From assembly GCA_040905565.1 (NCBI GenBank), contig JBBDRF010000055.1, forward strand, positions 1 to 29,774: a stretch of DNA of 29,774 nucleotides, read 5' to 3'. Numbering within the stretch: position 1 is the stretch's first letter; each line of letters opens with the position of its first letter. Of the stretch, positions 17,285 to 26,201 are shown piece by piece. The notes under the pieces were generated by a model that worked only from the letters and a program-made list of their open reading frames with translations, ran no database searches and was not told the origin of the DNA. A program made the translations under genes and the position numbers. The stretch comes from Phycisphaeraceae bacterium. Lineage in GTDB: Bacteria; Planctomycetota; Phycisphaerae; Phycisphaerales; Zrk34.

Positions 17285-18517
17285 CTACCGTCCAACCAGC
17301 GCAATCAGCAAAACAACATTCAACACCATCGAAGCGACCATAATCCAGAACAGCGGATGGCTGGTGATGTTGCTCATCGGATCCGAAAGATGGTCCGCAT
17401 TGGCGTAATTGTCGACACTGTCTTCCAACGCCGCCAGCGACGCCACGCTGAATTTCCGCCTCGCATGAAGCGGCGGCATCCCACCGGCCACGCTCCGCAA
17501 ATCCTCAAGCAAATCAGCCGTCGTCGCATAACGCGCTTCCGGCGCCTTCGCCATCATCACTTCGATAATCTCACCCACCCCAGCTGAAAGATCAGGCACA
17601 CGATGATCAGGCGGCGTCAGCTCCTCACGCAAATGCTTCTGCATCACCATCGACGGGCTCGGCCCATCAAACGGCACCCGCCCCGTCACCATGTGATAAA
17701 ACGTCGCCCCCAGCCCGTAAATGTCGCACCGCGAATCAATGTCCACCTGCCCGCGAATCTGCTCCGGGCTGATGTAGTAAGGCGTCCCGAACGCACGACC
17801 CGCCTCACGCTCCGCCGCTTCGCGATCACTCACCTGCCGCGCCAAACCCATGTCCGCAAGCTTCGCCGTCCCCTCAGGCGTGATCATGATGTTCTTCGGC
17901 TTCACATCACGATGAATGAACCCCTTCTCATGCGCGTGATGCAACGCCTCCGCCGTCTGAATAATGATGCGCAGCGCTTCCGCTTCCTCGTAACGGTTGT
18001 ACTTTTGCAGATGGTCAAAAACGGTATGGCCTTCAACCATTTCCATCACGAAATAGTGATGATCGCCCGATTGCCCCACGTCGATCGCCTGCACGATGTT
18101 CGGGTGATTCAACCGCGCCGCAGCCCGCCCCTCCGCGTAAAACCGCTGCACAAACGAGGCATCCGAAATGTGCCGACGCGGCAGAATCTTAATCGCCACC
18201 GTGCGGTCCAGACTCAGCTGCTGCGCCTTGAACACCGACGCCATCGCCCCCGCACCGATGCGATCCAGAATACGGTAACCCGGAATCTGCCCCTCGTGCT
18301 TCTGAGCCGCAAGCTGCCGATTCAACTCCGTAATCTGTCCCTGCGTCACTACCCCATGCTGCACCAGCCAATCGGTAAGCGAACCCCGGGCTTCGGGCGC
18401 AGTCTTCCGCCACTGCTCCAGGCTCGAAGCCATTTCATCAGCGGTTACCAGGCCACGCTCCACAATGATGCGCCCGAGGAGCGTGCCGTCGCTACTGGTT
18501 GTTTCGTTGCTAACCAT
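17285..18517 (-). CDS. Hanks-type Ser/Thr protein kinase with C-terminal TM anchor
   Basis: IGAGAMASV, VAIK, HPNIV, HRDVKPKN, DMG (DFG variant), GTPYYISPE and DIYGLG, plus a hydrophobic C-terminus. Start is uncertain (ATG 18517 chosen; the ORF extends to 18646). Confidence 0.92.
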   Translation of the reverse strand: MVSNETTSSDGTLLGRIIVERGLVTADEMASSLEQWRKTAPEARGSLTDWLVQHGVVTQGQITELNRQLAAQKHEGQIPGYRILDRIGAGAMASVFKAQQLSLDRTVAIKILPRRHISDASFVQRFYAEGRAAARLNHPNIVQAIDVGQSGDHHYFVMEMVEGHTVFDHLQKYNRYEEAEALRIIIQTAEALHHAHEKGFIHRDVKPKNIMITPEGTAKLADMGLARQVSDREAAEREAGRAFGTPYYISPEQIRGQVDIDSRCDIYGLGATFYHMVTGRVPFDGPSPSMVMQKHLREELTPPDHRVPDLSAGVGEIIEVMMAKAPEARYATTADLLEDLRSVAGGMPPLHARRKFSVASLAALEDSVDNYANADHLSDPMSNITSHPLFWIMVASMVLNVVLLIALVGR

Positions 18518-18728
18518 GCACTTCTTAATGGGCGGAGCCACGCATTTGAAAACAGAGGCTACCGCAGGACGAACCACCACCGCGGGCGGTGCGTAGTCAC
18601 GGTATTCCGCAGCTTCGTTAGTGTCAATCTTCAAAGCGCTTGACACCCACCTTTAGCGGGATACGGTAGCAGTTTCGCGCCCGCCGCCGGGGCAACGGCA
18701 GGCACGATTTTTTCCAGAGGTTCGGCTG

Positions 18729-19658
18729 ATGATTCACGTCCGTGAGTTGGTGAAATATTACGGACCGCGCCTCGCGGTCGACCATATCAGCCTCGATGTC
18801 GAGCAGGGCCAGATCGTCGGCATCCTCGGGCCCAACGGCGCAGGCAAATCCACCACCCTCCGTATGCTCACCTGCTTCCTTCCGCCATCCTCGGGCGCCG
18901 CCACCGTCAACGGCCACAACATCTTCTCCGACTCCGAAGGCGTCAGACGCTCCATCGGTTACCTTCCCGAATCCACGCCGTTGTATCTGGAAATGCGTGT
19001 CCGCGAGCAGTTGCATTTCTTCGGCCGCCTCCACGGGCTCGACCGCCGCACACGCAAACAACGCATCGAGGAACTCACCGAAAGCTGCGGCCTCGAATCC
19101 ATCGTCACCCGGCCCATCGGTCAGCTCTCACGAGGCAACCGTCAACGCGTCGGCATCGCCCAAGCCATGCTCCACGATCCGCCCGTCCTCATCCTCGACG
19201 AGCCCACCGCCGGCCTCGATCCCACGCAAATCAACGAAGTCCGCAAGCTCATTCGTCAGCTCGGCCAGCGTAAAACCATCCTTCTCTCAACGCATATCCT
19301 GCCCGAGGTCGAGAAGACCTGCGATCGCGTCGTCATCATCTCACAAGGAAAAATCGCAGCTGAGGGCACGCCCGAACAACTGCGATCACGTGTCCGTGCC
19401 GCCTCGCGCGTACTCGTCGAAGTCAAAGCTTCCGCCGACGATGTGAAGCGCATCTTCGCGCAACTATCAGGCGTCCGTGAAGTCACCATCGCCCACAACA
19501 ACGGCTGGGTCCAGGCAGCCGTCACGCCCGAAAACAACGATCAGGACATGCGTGAACAGCTCGCCGACGCCATGCTCACCCAACGCTGGGCCGTCCGCGA
19601 AATGCGCCCCGAAACAGGCAGTCTCGAAGAGTTCTTCATCCAGGTCACCAGCAGTTAA
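18729..19658 (+). CDS. ABC transporter ATP-binding protein (GldA-like)
   Basis: Walker A GPNGAGKST, signature LSRGNRQR, Walker B LILDEPT and switch LSTH. Confidence 0.93.
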   Translation: MIHVRELVKYYGPRLAVDHISLDVEQGQIVGILGPNGAGKSTTLRMLTCFLPPSSGAATVNGHNIFSDSEGVRRSIGYLPESTPLYLEMRVREQLHFFGRLHGLDRRTRKQRIEELTESCGLESIVTRPIGQLSRGNRQRVGIAQAMLHDPPVLILDEPTAGLDPTQINEVRKLIRQLGQRKTILLSTHILPEVEKTCDRVVIISQGKIAAEGTPEQLRSRVRAASRVLVEVKASADDVKRIFAQLSGVREVTIAHNNGWVQAAVTPENNDQDMREQLADAMLTQRWAVREMRPETGSLEEFFIQVTSS

Positions 19659-19671
19659 CAAAGCGAAAACC

Positions 19672-20388
19672 ATGGCCACGGCACTCAACATCGCACGTCG
19701 GGAAATGACGAGCTTCTTCTATTCGCCCATCGCCTACGTCGTGATGTGCGTCTTCCTGCTCATGTCCAGCCTGATGTTCCTCTCCACCGTTTTCGCCCCC
19801 GGTCAGCCCGCCACCATGCGGCCGCTGTTCTTCTGGATCGTCTGGATTCTCGTCGCCATCGTCCCCGCCATCAGCATGCGACTGCTCTCCGAAGAGCTCC
19901 GCTCCGGGACCGTCGAACCGCTGATGACCAGCCCCGTGACCGATGTTCAGGTCGTCCTCGGAAAATGGCTGGGCGGGCTCGGGTTTTTCGCCGTCATCCT
20001 CGTGCCGACAATGGCTTACGTCGCGTTTTTGGCCGCTTTCAGTCAGCCTGATTACGGCCCCATTTTCACCGGTTACCTCGGATTACTCCTCGTTGGCGGC
20101 CTTTATATGGCCATCGGAACATTCGCCTCCGTGATGACCCGCAACCAGATCATCGCCTTCCTCGTCACCGTCTTCATCATCCTGAATTTCACCGTGGCCA
20201 CCTACTTTCTGCCCCGCCATCTGCCCGTCGAGTGGGCGCAGGCCATCTACTACCTCAACGTCAACGAGCAGTTCGACGACTTCGCAAAAGGCCTCATCGA
20301 TACCAGCAATTTCGTCTACTTCCTCAGCGGCACCGCCCTGTTCCTGCTGATGGCGGTGAAGGCATTAGAATCACGGAAATGGCGGTAA
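19672..20388 (+). CDS. ABC-2 type permease (GldF-like)
   Basis: Start ATG 19672. REMTSFFYSPIAY, PAISMRLLSEELRSGTVEPLMTSP, VLGKWLG, TRNQIIAF and FAKGLIDT. About 6 TM helices. Confidence 0.9.
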   Translation: MATALNIARREMTSFFYSPIAYVVMCVFLLMSSLMFLSTVFAPGQPATMRPLFFWIVWILVAIVPAISMRLLSEELRSGTVEPLMTSPVTDVQVVLGKWLGGLGFFAVILVPTMAYVAFLAAFSQPDYGPIFTGYLGLLLVGGLYMAIGTFASVMTRNQIIAFLVTVFIILNFTVATYFLPRHLPVEWAQAIYYLNVNEQFDDFAKGLIDTSNFVYFLSGTALFLLMAVKALESRKWR

Positions 20389-20397
20389 GTACAGCAC

Positions 20398-22521
20398 ATG
20401 CGTGATCACAACGACACCTCGAAAACGCCCAGCGAACCCGAAGCCGCGCCGCCGACCCGACCGGTGCGATGGCTAAAGTACGGCAGCAGCGTCGCCGCGC
20501 TCGTCCTCGCCACCGCAGCCATCGTCGTGATGGTTAACTGGCTTGGCTACCACAACTACCAGCGGTTCGACTTCACCCACACGCGCCAATACTCCCTCAG
20601 CCCGCAGACCATGAAACTGCTGGAGCAACTCGACGCAAACCTCCATATCACCACACTTTACGCGGACGGCACCGCCCCCCCCGAACTCTTCCGACGTGTG
20701 CAGGATGTGCTCGACGAATACCATCGGCGGAGTCCGCAGGTCAGCGTCGCCCAGATCGATCCGACCATTCAGCGGGATCGCTTTCTTCCGTTCATGGAAG
20801 AACTTAGCACCCGCTTCGACGACGAAATCAGCGCCAACCGCGACGCCCTCACGCAGGTGCGCCAGACCTACAGCCGCATGCGCAACTTTGCGGACGAACA
20901 GACCGAGCAACTGGCGAATCTGCTGCCGATCCTGCCGCCCAGCAGCCAGGATTTGATGCTGGTGTTGCCCGAACTCAACCGCACCTTCATGAGGCTCGGG
21001 GCCGATCTTCAGACCTACGAAGATGAACTTAACGACTTGCTGTCACAGGACATGCCTGACTTCGCCACGGCCCGTCCCCTCGCCGTCGAGCCTTTGGTCG
21101 ACATGAACGATGGCGTGCTGGACGTTGCCCTGCAACGCTTCGAAGTGGCCCTGGCCGACCCCGCCACGCCCGACGAAGTCGAGGACATACTGCTGGGCAT
21201 GCGGCGAGATTACCGCGACCTTGTCGAAGCCCTTCGGGAGGCAAGGCAGACGCTAGAGCGTGTCGATTCAAAGGGTTACGACAAGCTTCGGCAGGCGGTG
21301 CTGCAGACGAACAGCTTGGTCGTGGCGATGGATGCGGAGGCTTCGCGTCATCGCGTTGACCGGGGATTGGTGGTGTTGACCCTCGACGAGATCTACCCCA
21401 ACCTCGCGCTGGCCCAGATGAGTGAAGGGGAAGTGCAGCCGGAGCAAGGATATAAGGGCGAAGAGGCGATCAGCGGCGCGATCATGCAGCTGACGCTGGA
21501 GCACGATACGAAGGTCGTCTTCGTTAATCCCACGCCCCGGTCGGTTATCGAAAGTGGCAATCCCCAAACGACTTACGCCATGGCCGCGGAACGGTTGCGG
21601 CAGCTGAATTTCGAGGTCGTCGAGTGGCAGCCCGAAGGACGAATCGGGGAGGATGGTCGGCCGGAACGGCCGCGCCCCAGACCGGTCGCGGAGCCGGGCC
21701 AGCAGATGGTCTTCATCGCTTTACCCGCACCGAGTCGTTCACAACGTACGACGGATACAGAACCTGCATCAGTCCGCGCCGTCCGCAATCACCTGGAAGC
21801 GGGCGACCCGGCCATGGTCATCCTGCGAGCGCTGGGGCCTTCAGAGCTCGGCGATGAGAACCCGTTACTGCCGCCCCTGAGCGAACTTGGGATCAATGTT
21901 GATCCAACCCGCGTGGCCATGCAGCACACCGCCGGCTCAGGCGGGCGGGTACAAGGGACGACGCAACTGGTGCTCGACAGTTGGCCGAGCGACCATATCC
22001 TCTCCAGCGCGCTGCAGGGCCTCCAGGGCGTGGTGCTCCAAGGCGTGCCGTTAACCCTTGACCCACCAGAAGATGCGCAGGCGTGGCCGCTGGTGCAGAC
22101 GCCGAGTGACACGTGGGCGGGCACCGACTTTTTCGAAGCAGCCCGAGCACGACCGGGTGATAACGATCCGCAAGGCCCGCTGACCGTCGCAGCCGCTGCG
22201 GAGAAGGACGACAGCCGCGTTATCGTCATTGGTGATCGGGTTTTCGCGACGGATATGGTGGCTCAGTCGGGGCCTCAGAACGCGACCGGTCAGGTGATGT
22301 TTTCGCAGTTTCCCGCGAATCAGGAGCTGTTCGTCAACAGCATCTATTGGCTTGCGGGGATGGACGATTTGATCGCCCCGGGGGCGCGGACGCAGGACAC
22401 CAGGCGGATCGCAGCGATCACCACCGGTCAGATGCGATGGATCGGCTGGAGCCTGCTCGCCGGGCTGCCTGCGATGTGTCTGATGGCGGGGCTGGGCGTG
22501 TGGTTTGTCCGTCGGCAATGA
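20398..22521 (+). CDS. GldG-like ABC transporter auxiliary protein
   Basis: N-terminal TM, RFDFTHTRQYSLSPQT, GEEAISGAI, GPLTVAAAAE...RVIVIGD, ANQELFVNSIYWL, and C-terminal TM ending WFVRRQ. Confidence 0.85.
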   Translation: MRDHNDTSKTPSEPEAAPPTRPVRWLKYGSSVAALVLATAAIVVMVNWLGYHNYQRFDFTHTRQYSLSPQTMKLLEQLDANLHITTLYADGTAPPELFRRVQDVLDEYHRRSPQVSVAQIDPTIQRDRFLPFMEELSTRFDDEISANRDALTQVRQTYSRMRNFADEQTEQLANLLPILPPSSQDLMLVLPELNRTFMRLGADLQTYEDELNDLLSQDMPDFATARPLAVEPLVDMNDGVLDVALQRFEVALADPATPDEVEDILLGMRRDYRDLVEALREARQTLERVDSKGYDKLRQAVLQTNSLVVAMDAEASRHRVDRGLVVLTLDEIYPNLALAQMSEGEVQPEQGYKGEEAISGAIMQLTLEHDTKVVFVNPTPRSVIESGNPQTTYAMAAERLRQLNFEVVEWQPEGRIGEDGRPERPRPRPVAEPGQQMVFIALPAPSRSQRTTDTEPASVRAVRNHLEAGDPAMVILRALGPSELGDENPLLPPLSELGINVDPTRVAMQHTAGSGGRVQGTTQLVLDSWPSDHILSSALQGLQGVVLQGVPLTLDPPEDAQAWPLVQTPSDTWAGTDFFEAARARPGDNDPQGPLTVAAAAEKDDSRVIVIGDRVFATDMVAQSGPQNATGQVMFSQFPANQELFVNSIYWLAGMDDLIAPGARTQDTRRIAAITTGQMRWIGWSLLAGLPAMCLMAGLGVWFVRRQ

Positions 22522-22546
22522 TCCTTTGTGAGTGACGTAAGCTGCC

Positions 22547-24751
22547 ATGAACACGAGAACAACGATCACCGTGGTGTTGATCGCCCTGGCCCTGGCCATC
22601 TACGTGGCGGTGTTCGAAACCGAGCGTTTCGGCCTGCGTGGGCAGACGACGCGCGAACGTGAAATGATGCTGGCCCACCAGCCTCCGGAGGCCGGCGATC
22701 CGCTGTTCGATCCCGACACGTTCTCGGCAAATCAGGTGGAAACGATCCGCATTCAGCGGGGCGATCAACCGATGGCCACGTACCACGGCCCGGCGAATCG
22801 GGAGGCGGCAGACACCTCGGCGGGGCAGGATCGCGGCGTGTGGCGACAGGTGGAGCCGGTCGCATTTCCGGTTGATCGCGAGGCCGTTCTGGCGGTGGTG
22901 GAGGCGACACGTGATCTTCGACAAACGCTGACGGTGACGGTGGATACCGACGAAAACGCGCTGGATGAGTTGGGCCTTGATCAGCCGCGTGGCCGGGTGG
23001 AACTGCAAGGGCCGGCGATGGAGCCGATCACGCTGGTGCTCGGCCGGCGGACGGCAGCGGGGCGCGCGTTCGTGGCCATCGGCGAGCCGTCGCTGGGGAG
23101 CAAGGTCTACGTGGTCGGCGACACGTTGCATCGTGCAGCATTGGAACGCTCGGACCGTGAGATGCGCAGCCGATCCCTAGCTGCAGTGGGCTTCGGCAGT
23201 GTGCAGCGTGCTGAGTTGAAGCGGCAGGGTGAGCCGGCGATCGAGCTCGTTCGGCAGGGCGGGCGTTGGCGGATCGTAGAGCCGATCGCGGGGCGGGCGA
23301 ACAGCGATGCGGTGCGCGGGGTGACGGAAGCGTTGACGACGGCGGTGGTTGAGGCGTTTGTGCAGGATCACCCGGAGAATCTCTCAGCTTTCGGGCTGGA
23401 TCAGCCGCTGGCGGTGCTGGAGGTGGAAGCGGTGGAGCGTGTGCGTGGGGGTGAAGATGCGACGCTTGACGAGCAGCGGCGGACGTACAAGTTGAGCGTG
23501 GGGTCGCCGACTGATCTGGCGGGGTCGGCGTATTTTGCGATGCTCGATGACGAGCCGATTGTGTTTCGGCTGGGGCGGGCGGCGGTGGATCGGCTTGCGG
23601 TGGCGGTGGATGCGCTGCGTGATCGGGCGCTGACGCCGACGGCTCGGGCGGATGTTCGGGAAATTCAGATCAACCGCGACGGCGAGCGGCTGCACGTGGT
23701 ACGCGATGGGGCGGAGGGGTGGTCGTTCGGTTCGTCGGAGCTTGGGTATGCGCTGGATGCGCAGGCGATGGATCGGCTGCTTGATGCGATTTTCAAGACG
23801 GAAGCGGCGTCGTTCGCGGATGCGTCGGCGACCGATCTGCCGTTGCTGGTGACGGTGGAGATGAGCGTGGTGGGTCGGCGGGAGCCCGAGACGCTTCGGC
23901 TGCACGGCGAGTCGGATGGTTCGCAGGTTCATGTGGTACGCGGCGACGAAGCGGCGGCGGCCGTGGTGGAACGTGCCGCAGTTGAGCCGATGTTGGCGGA
24001 GGCGCGGAGCCTGCGTCAGCGGCAGGTGATCGACCTGAACGACGGTGAGATCGAACGCATCAGCATCACGCGAAACGGCACGTATGCAGCGGAATATGAG
24101 CTGAAACGCGAAGCGAGCGAGACCGAAGGCGAGCCCGGCGGGTGGGACCTGCAGGGTTATCAGCATGAGCGGGTGGTAGAGGTGTTCGCGGAACTGGCGG
24201 GGCTGCGGGCGGAGACGTGGCTTGGCGACGAGGCCGACGCGACGGGAGAGATGATCGAAGCCACGATCACGCTTTTTGAAGGGGATCCGTTGCGCCTGAC
24301 GGTCTGGCCTGCAGAGCGTGTGGCGAAGCTTGAGGGGGAAGCGGAGGCGTTCGTGGTGCCTTCGACGCTGGTCGATGCCCTGACGCAGGAGCTGCGCGAG
24401 ACGCGGGTGCTGGGGCTGGAGATTGAGGAGATCGCCTCGGTGGAAGCGGATGGCAAGACGGTGCATCGTGATCGGCGTGGGCGGTTCACGCAGCGTGGCG
24501 GTGATGGGCTGAACGAAGCGGCGGCGGCGCAGCTGTGGGATACGCTTGCGGGGTTGCGGGCGGAGCATCTGCTGTTGATGCGGGAGGCGTTGCCTGCTGA
24601 ACCGGACCGCACGCTGCGGCTGAGGCGGACGGATGGGACGGAGCATCTGATCGCGTTGGTGGAGCAGGGCGACGTGGTTTTTGCGGAGATTGACGGTCGT
24701 GTGATGACGCTGCCTCGGGAGGATGGGCGGGTGCTGCTGGGTGGGGAGTAG
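22547..24751 (+). CDS. DUF4340 domain protein (repeated domains)
   Basis: N-terminal anchor MNTRTTITVVLIALAL. Repeated W..VEP / LGLDQP / FGLDQP units and LR(D/Q)R linkers. Usual fourth gene of Gld-like ABC clusters. Confidence 0.8.
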   Translation: MNTRTTITVVLIALALAIYVAVFETERFGLRGQTTREREMMLAHQPPEAGDPLFDPDTFSANQVETIRIQRGDQPMATYHGPANREAADTSAGQDRGVWRQVEPVAFPVDREAVLAVVEATRDLRQTLTVTVDTDENALDELGLDQPRGRVELQGPAMEPITLVLGRRTAAGRAFVAIGEPSLGSKVYVVGDTLHRAALERSDREMRSRSLAAVGFGSVQRAELKRQGEPAIELVRQGGRWRIVEPIAGRANSDAVRGVTEALTTAVVEAFVQDHPENLSAFGLDQPLAVLEVEAVERVRGGEDATLDEQRRTYKLSVGSPTDLAGSAYFAMLDDEPIVFRLGRAAVDRLAVAVDALRDRALTPTARADVREIQINRDGERLHVVRDGAEGWSFGSSELGYALDAQAMDRLLDAIFKTEAASFADASATDLPLLVTVEMSVVGRREPETLRLHGESDGSQVHVVRGDEAAAAVVERAAVEPMLAEARSLRQRQVIDLNDGEIERISITRNGTYAAEYELKREASETEGEPGGWDLQGYQHERVVEVFAELAGLRAETWLGDEADATGEMIEATITLFEGDPLRLTVWPAERVAKLEGEAEAFVVPSTLVDALTQELRETRVLGLEIEEIASVEADGKTVHRDRRGRFTQRGGDGLNEAAAAQLWDTLAGLRAEHLLLMREALPAEPDRTLRLRRTDGTEHLIALVEQGDVVFAEIDGRVMTLPREDGRVLLGGE

Positions 24752-24783
24752 GCGGCCAGTGCGCGTGGGCCGGCTGTTGGAAA

Positions 24784-24811
24784 CACTGGTGGGCAAGCCA
24801 CAAGTGGCACG
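24784..24811 (-). repeat. Single REP-like imperfect palindrome (family C)
   Basis: Reverse complement CGTGCCACTTGTGGCTTGCCCACCAGTG forms CACT(T)GTGG/CCAC(C)AGTG. One copy, about 40 nt from family B copy 3. Confidence 0.45.
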
Positions 24812-24849
24812 CGGCGACGGGGGGTTCGGCTCTGCGTGCGTTCGGGATA

Positions 24850-24885
24850 GCCCGGCCGTCTCGCTTTGCTCTGGCCGGGGCACCC
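24850..24885 (-). repeat. REP-like repeat family B, copy 3
   Basis: Reverse complement GGGTGCCCCGGCCAG--AGCAAAGCGAGACGGCCGGGC equals copy 1 with a 2-nt deletion. Confidence 0.85.
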
Positions 24886-24907
24886 TGTTGATGTGAGGTT
24901 GCGGTCC

Positions 24908-25867
24908 ATGTTCTATCTGACCGATCATCCTGAGCGGACGCGTTGCTTTCTGCCTGCGGAGGGCGGTTGGGATCGGTGTGACGCAGGTGAGCTTGATGGG
25001 GATGAGCATGATGTGTGGAAGCTGCTGGGGACGGGCGGGGAACTGTGGCGCTGCGGAACACGTGAAGCGCCAGAAAACGCAGCGGAAAAAGGTGGGGGGG
25101 TGGTGTTGATTGATGAGGCGGGGGTTTCCCAGTTTGATGCGGTGGTGGGGGCGTTGCAGGGCGGGGCGACGTTTCCGGATGGCCTGCGGGCGGTGGCGCT
25201 GGCGGGCTCGAATTTTCATGGCCAACGGCAACGGCAGTGGCAGGCTTTGCGGGGGAATCTGCATCTCACGGTGCACTATCCGTTTCGCGCGAGGGCGGCA
25301 GAGGTGGGACCCGCGCTGACGATGCTGCCGGCTGTGGCAGCGGCACGGACGGTGGCCGAGGTGACGGGCGAGCATGTGAGGCCGACGCTGAAGTGGGTGA
25401 ACGATGTGCTGGTCGGCGGGCGGAAAGTGGGGGGCGTGCTGACCGCAACGCAGGTGGAGGGCGACGAGATCGCAGATGTCGTCTTCGGCATCGGCATGAA
25501 CGTCGATGCGAAGCCGGTCCTGGCGGAAATAGTGGGGGGAATGGTAGGGGGGGCGGGGGCGATTTGTGATTTTGCGGAGCTGCGCGATTCGTTGCCGACG
25601 GTCTATCGCAGTCTTGTGAAGCATCTGGATGAGGCGATGGCGACGTTGAGCGAGGCGGGGCCGAGGGAGATTTACGAAGCCTACCGAGGGTTCGCGGGCT
25701 TCATCGGGCGCGAGGTGCGGATCTGGGCGGAGGGCGAAGGGGTGGGGGGGGAACCGATTGCTGCGGGGCGTGTGACGGAGCTGCTGCCGGACCTTGCGTT
25801 GATCGTTGAAGGGCAGGTTGAGCCGGTGCGGCGGGGGCGGATGGAACTGGTCGAAACTTCCTTGTAA
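24908..25867 (+). CDS. Biotin-protein ligase (BirA/BPL family, divergent, no HTH)
   Basis: FHGQRQRQWQALRGNLHLT, LKWVNDV, RKVGGVL, FGIGMNV and an SH3-like C-terminus (IGREVRI...ALIVEG). Directly upstream of a biotin-dependent enzyme. Confidence 0.8.
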   Translation: MFYLTDHPERTRCFLPAEGGWDRCDAGELDGDEHDVWKLLGTGGELWRCGTREAPENAAEKGGGVVLIDEAGVSQFDAVVGALQGGATFPDGLRAVALAGSNFHGQRQRQWQALRGNLHLTVHYPFRARAAEVGPALTMLPAVAAARTVAEVTGEHVRPTLKWVNDVLVGGRKVGGVLTATQVEGDEIADVVFGIGMNVDAKPVLAEIVGGMVGGAGAICDFAELRDSLPTVYRSLVKHLDEAMATLSEAGPREIYEAYRGFAGFIGREVRIWAEGEGVGGEPIAAGRVTELLPDLALIVEGQVEPVRRGRMELVETSL

Positions 25868-25912
25868 AGTCGGCGTCTGTGAAGATGAACTGTCGCTGAG
25901 GGGGCTCGGCTG

Positions 25913-25968
25913 TTGCCGATCGCGCACGTTCGGCTATGGTGTCTTCACGTTGACCGCTTCCGCAGGAG
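25913..25968 (+). promoter_or_regulatory. Candidate promoter and RBS for the decarboxylase genes
   Basis: TTGCCG (25913-25918), 16-nt spacer, TATGGT (25935-25940). AGGAG at 25964-25968. Confidence 0.35.
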
Positions 25969-25976
25969 TTTTGCCG

Positions 25977-26192
25977 ATGGAAGAGAATCTGTTGTTGGTC
26001 TGTTTCAATGCTTTTTTAGCGGTGGTGTTGCTGTTAAGCATTCTCGCCGGCGTGATCCGGTTGTTGATGTGGTTGTTGCCTGAGCCTGAGCCGCCGCAGA
26101 CCGATGCCGCCGTTGTCTCCGCCATTGCCAGTGTCGCCGCCTCAACGGTGCCCGGCGGCCGAATCACTCGAATCCAAGAAACAACACGGTAG
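25977..26192 (+). CDS. oadG: Na+-translocating decarboxylase gamma/delta subunit (OadG family, 71 aa)
   Basis: AGGAG RBS, one TM helix, Pro-rich linker and DAAVVSAIASV...RITRIQE. Lies immediately before the alpha and beta subunit genes. Confidence 0.75.
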   Translation: MEENLLLVCFNAFLAVVLLLSILAGVIRLLMWLLPEPEPPQTDAAVVSAIASVAASTVPGGRITRIQETTR

Positions 26193-26201
26193 TTTCAGCC
26201 T

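Noticed and set aside
18729..22521. Gliding motility assignment (gldAFG)
   Set aside because: Homologous clusters occur in many non-gliding taxa, and no other gliding or T9SS genes are present, so symbols were withheld.
25091..25752. G7-G8 homopolymers in the biotin ligase as phase-variation tracts
   Set aside because: The frame is intact, the tracts are short, and they are expected from Gly codons in the G-skewed zone.
23384..25927. 847-aa antisense ORF
   Set aside because: R/P/H/Q-rich shadow of DUF4340 and the ligase, explained by high GC and skew. It has no motifs and runs through intergenic repeats.
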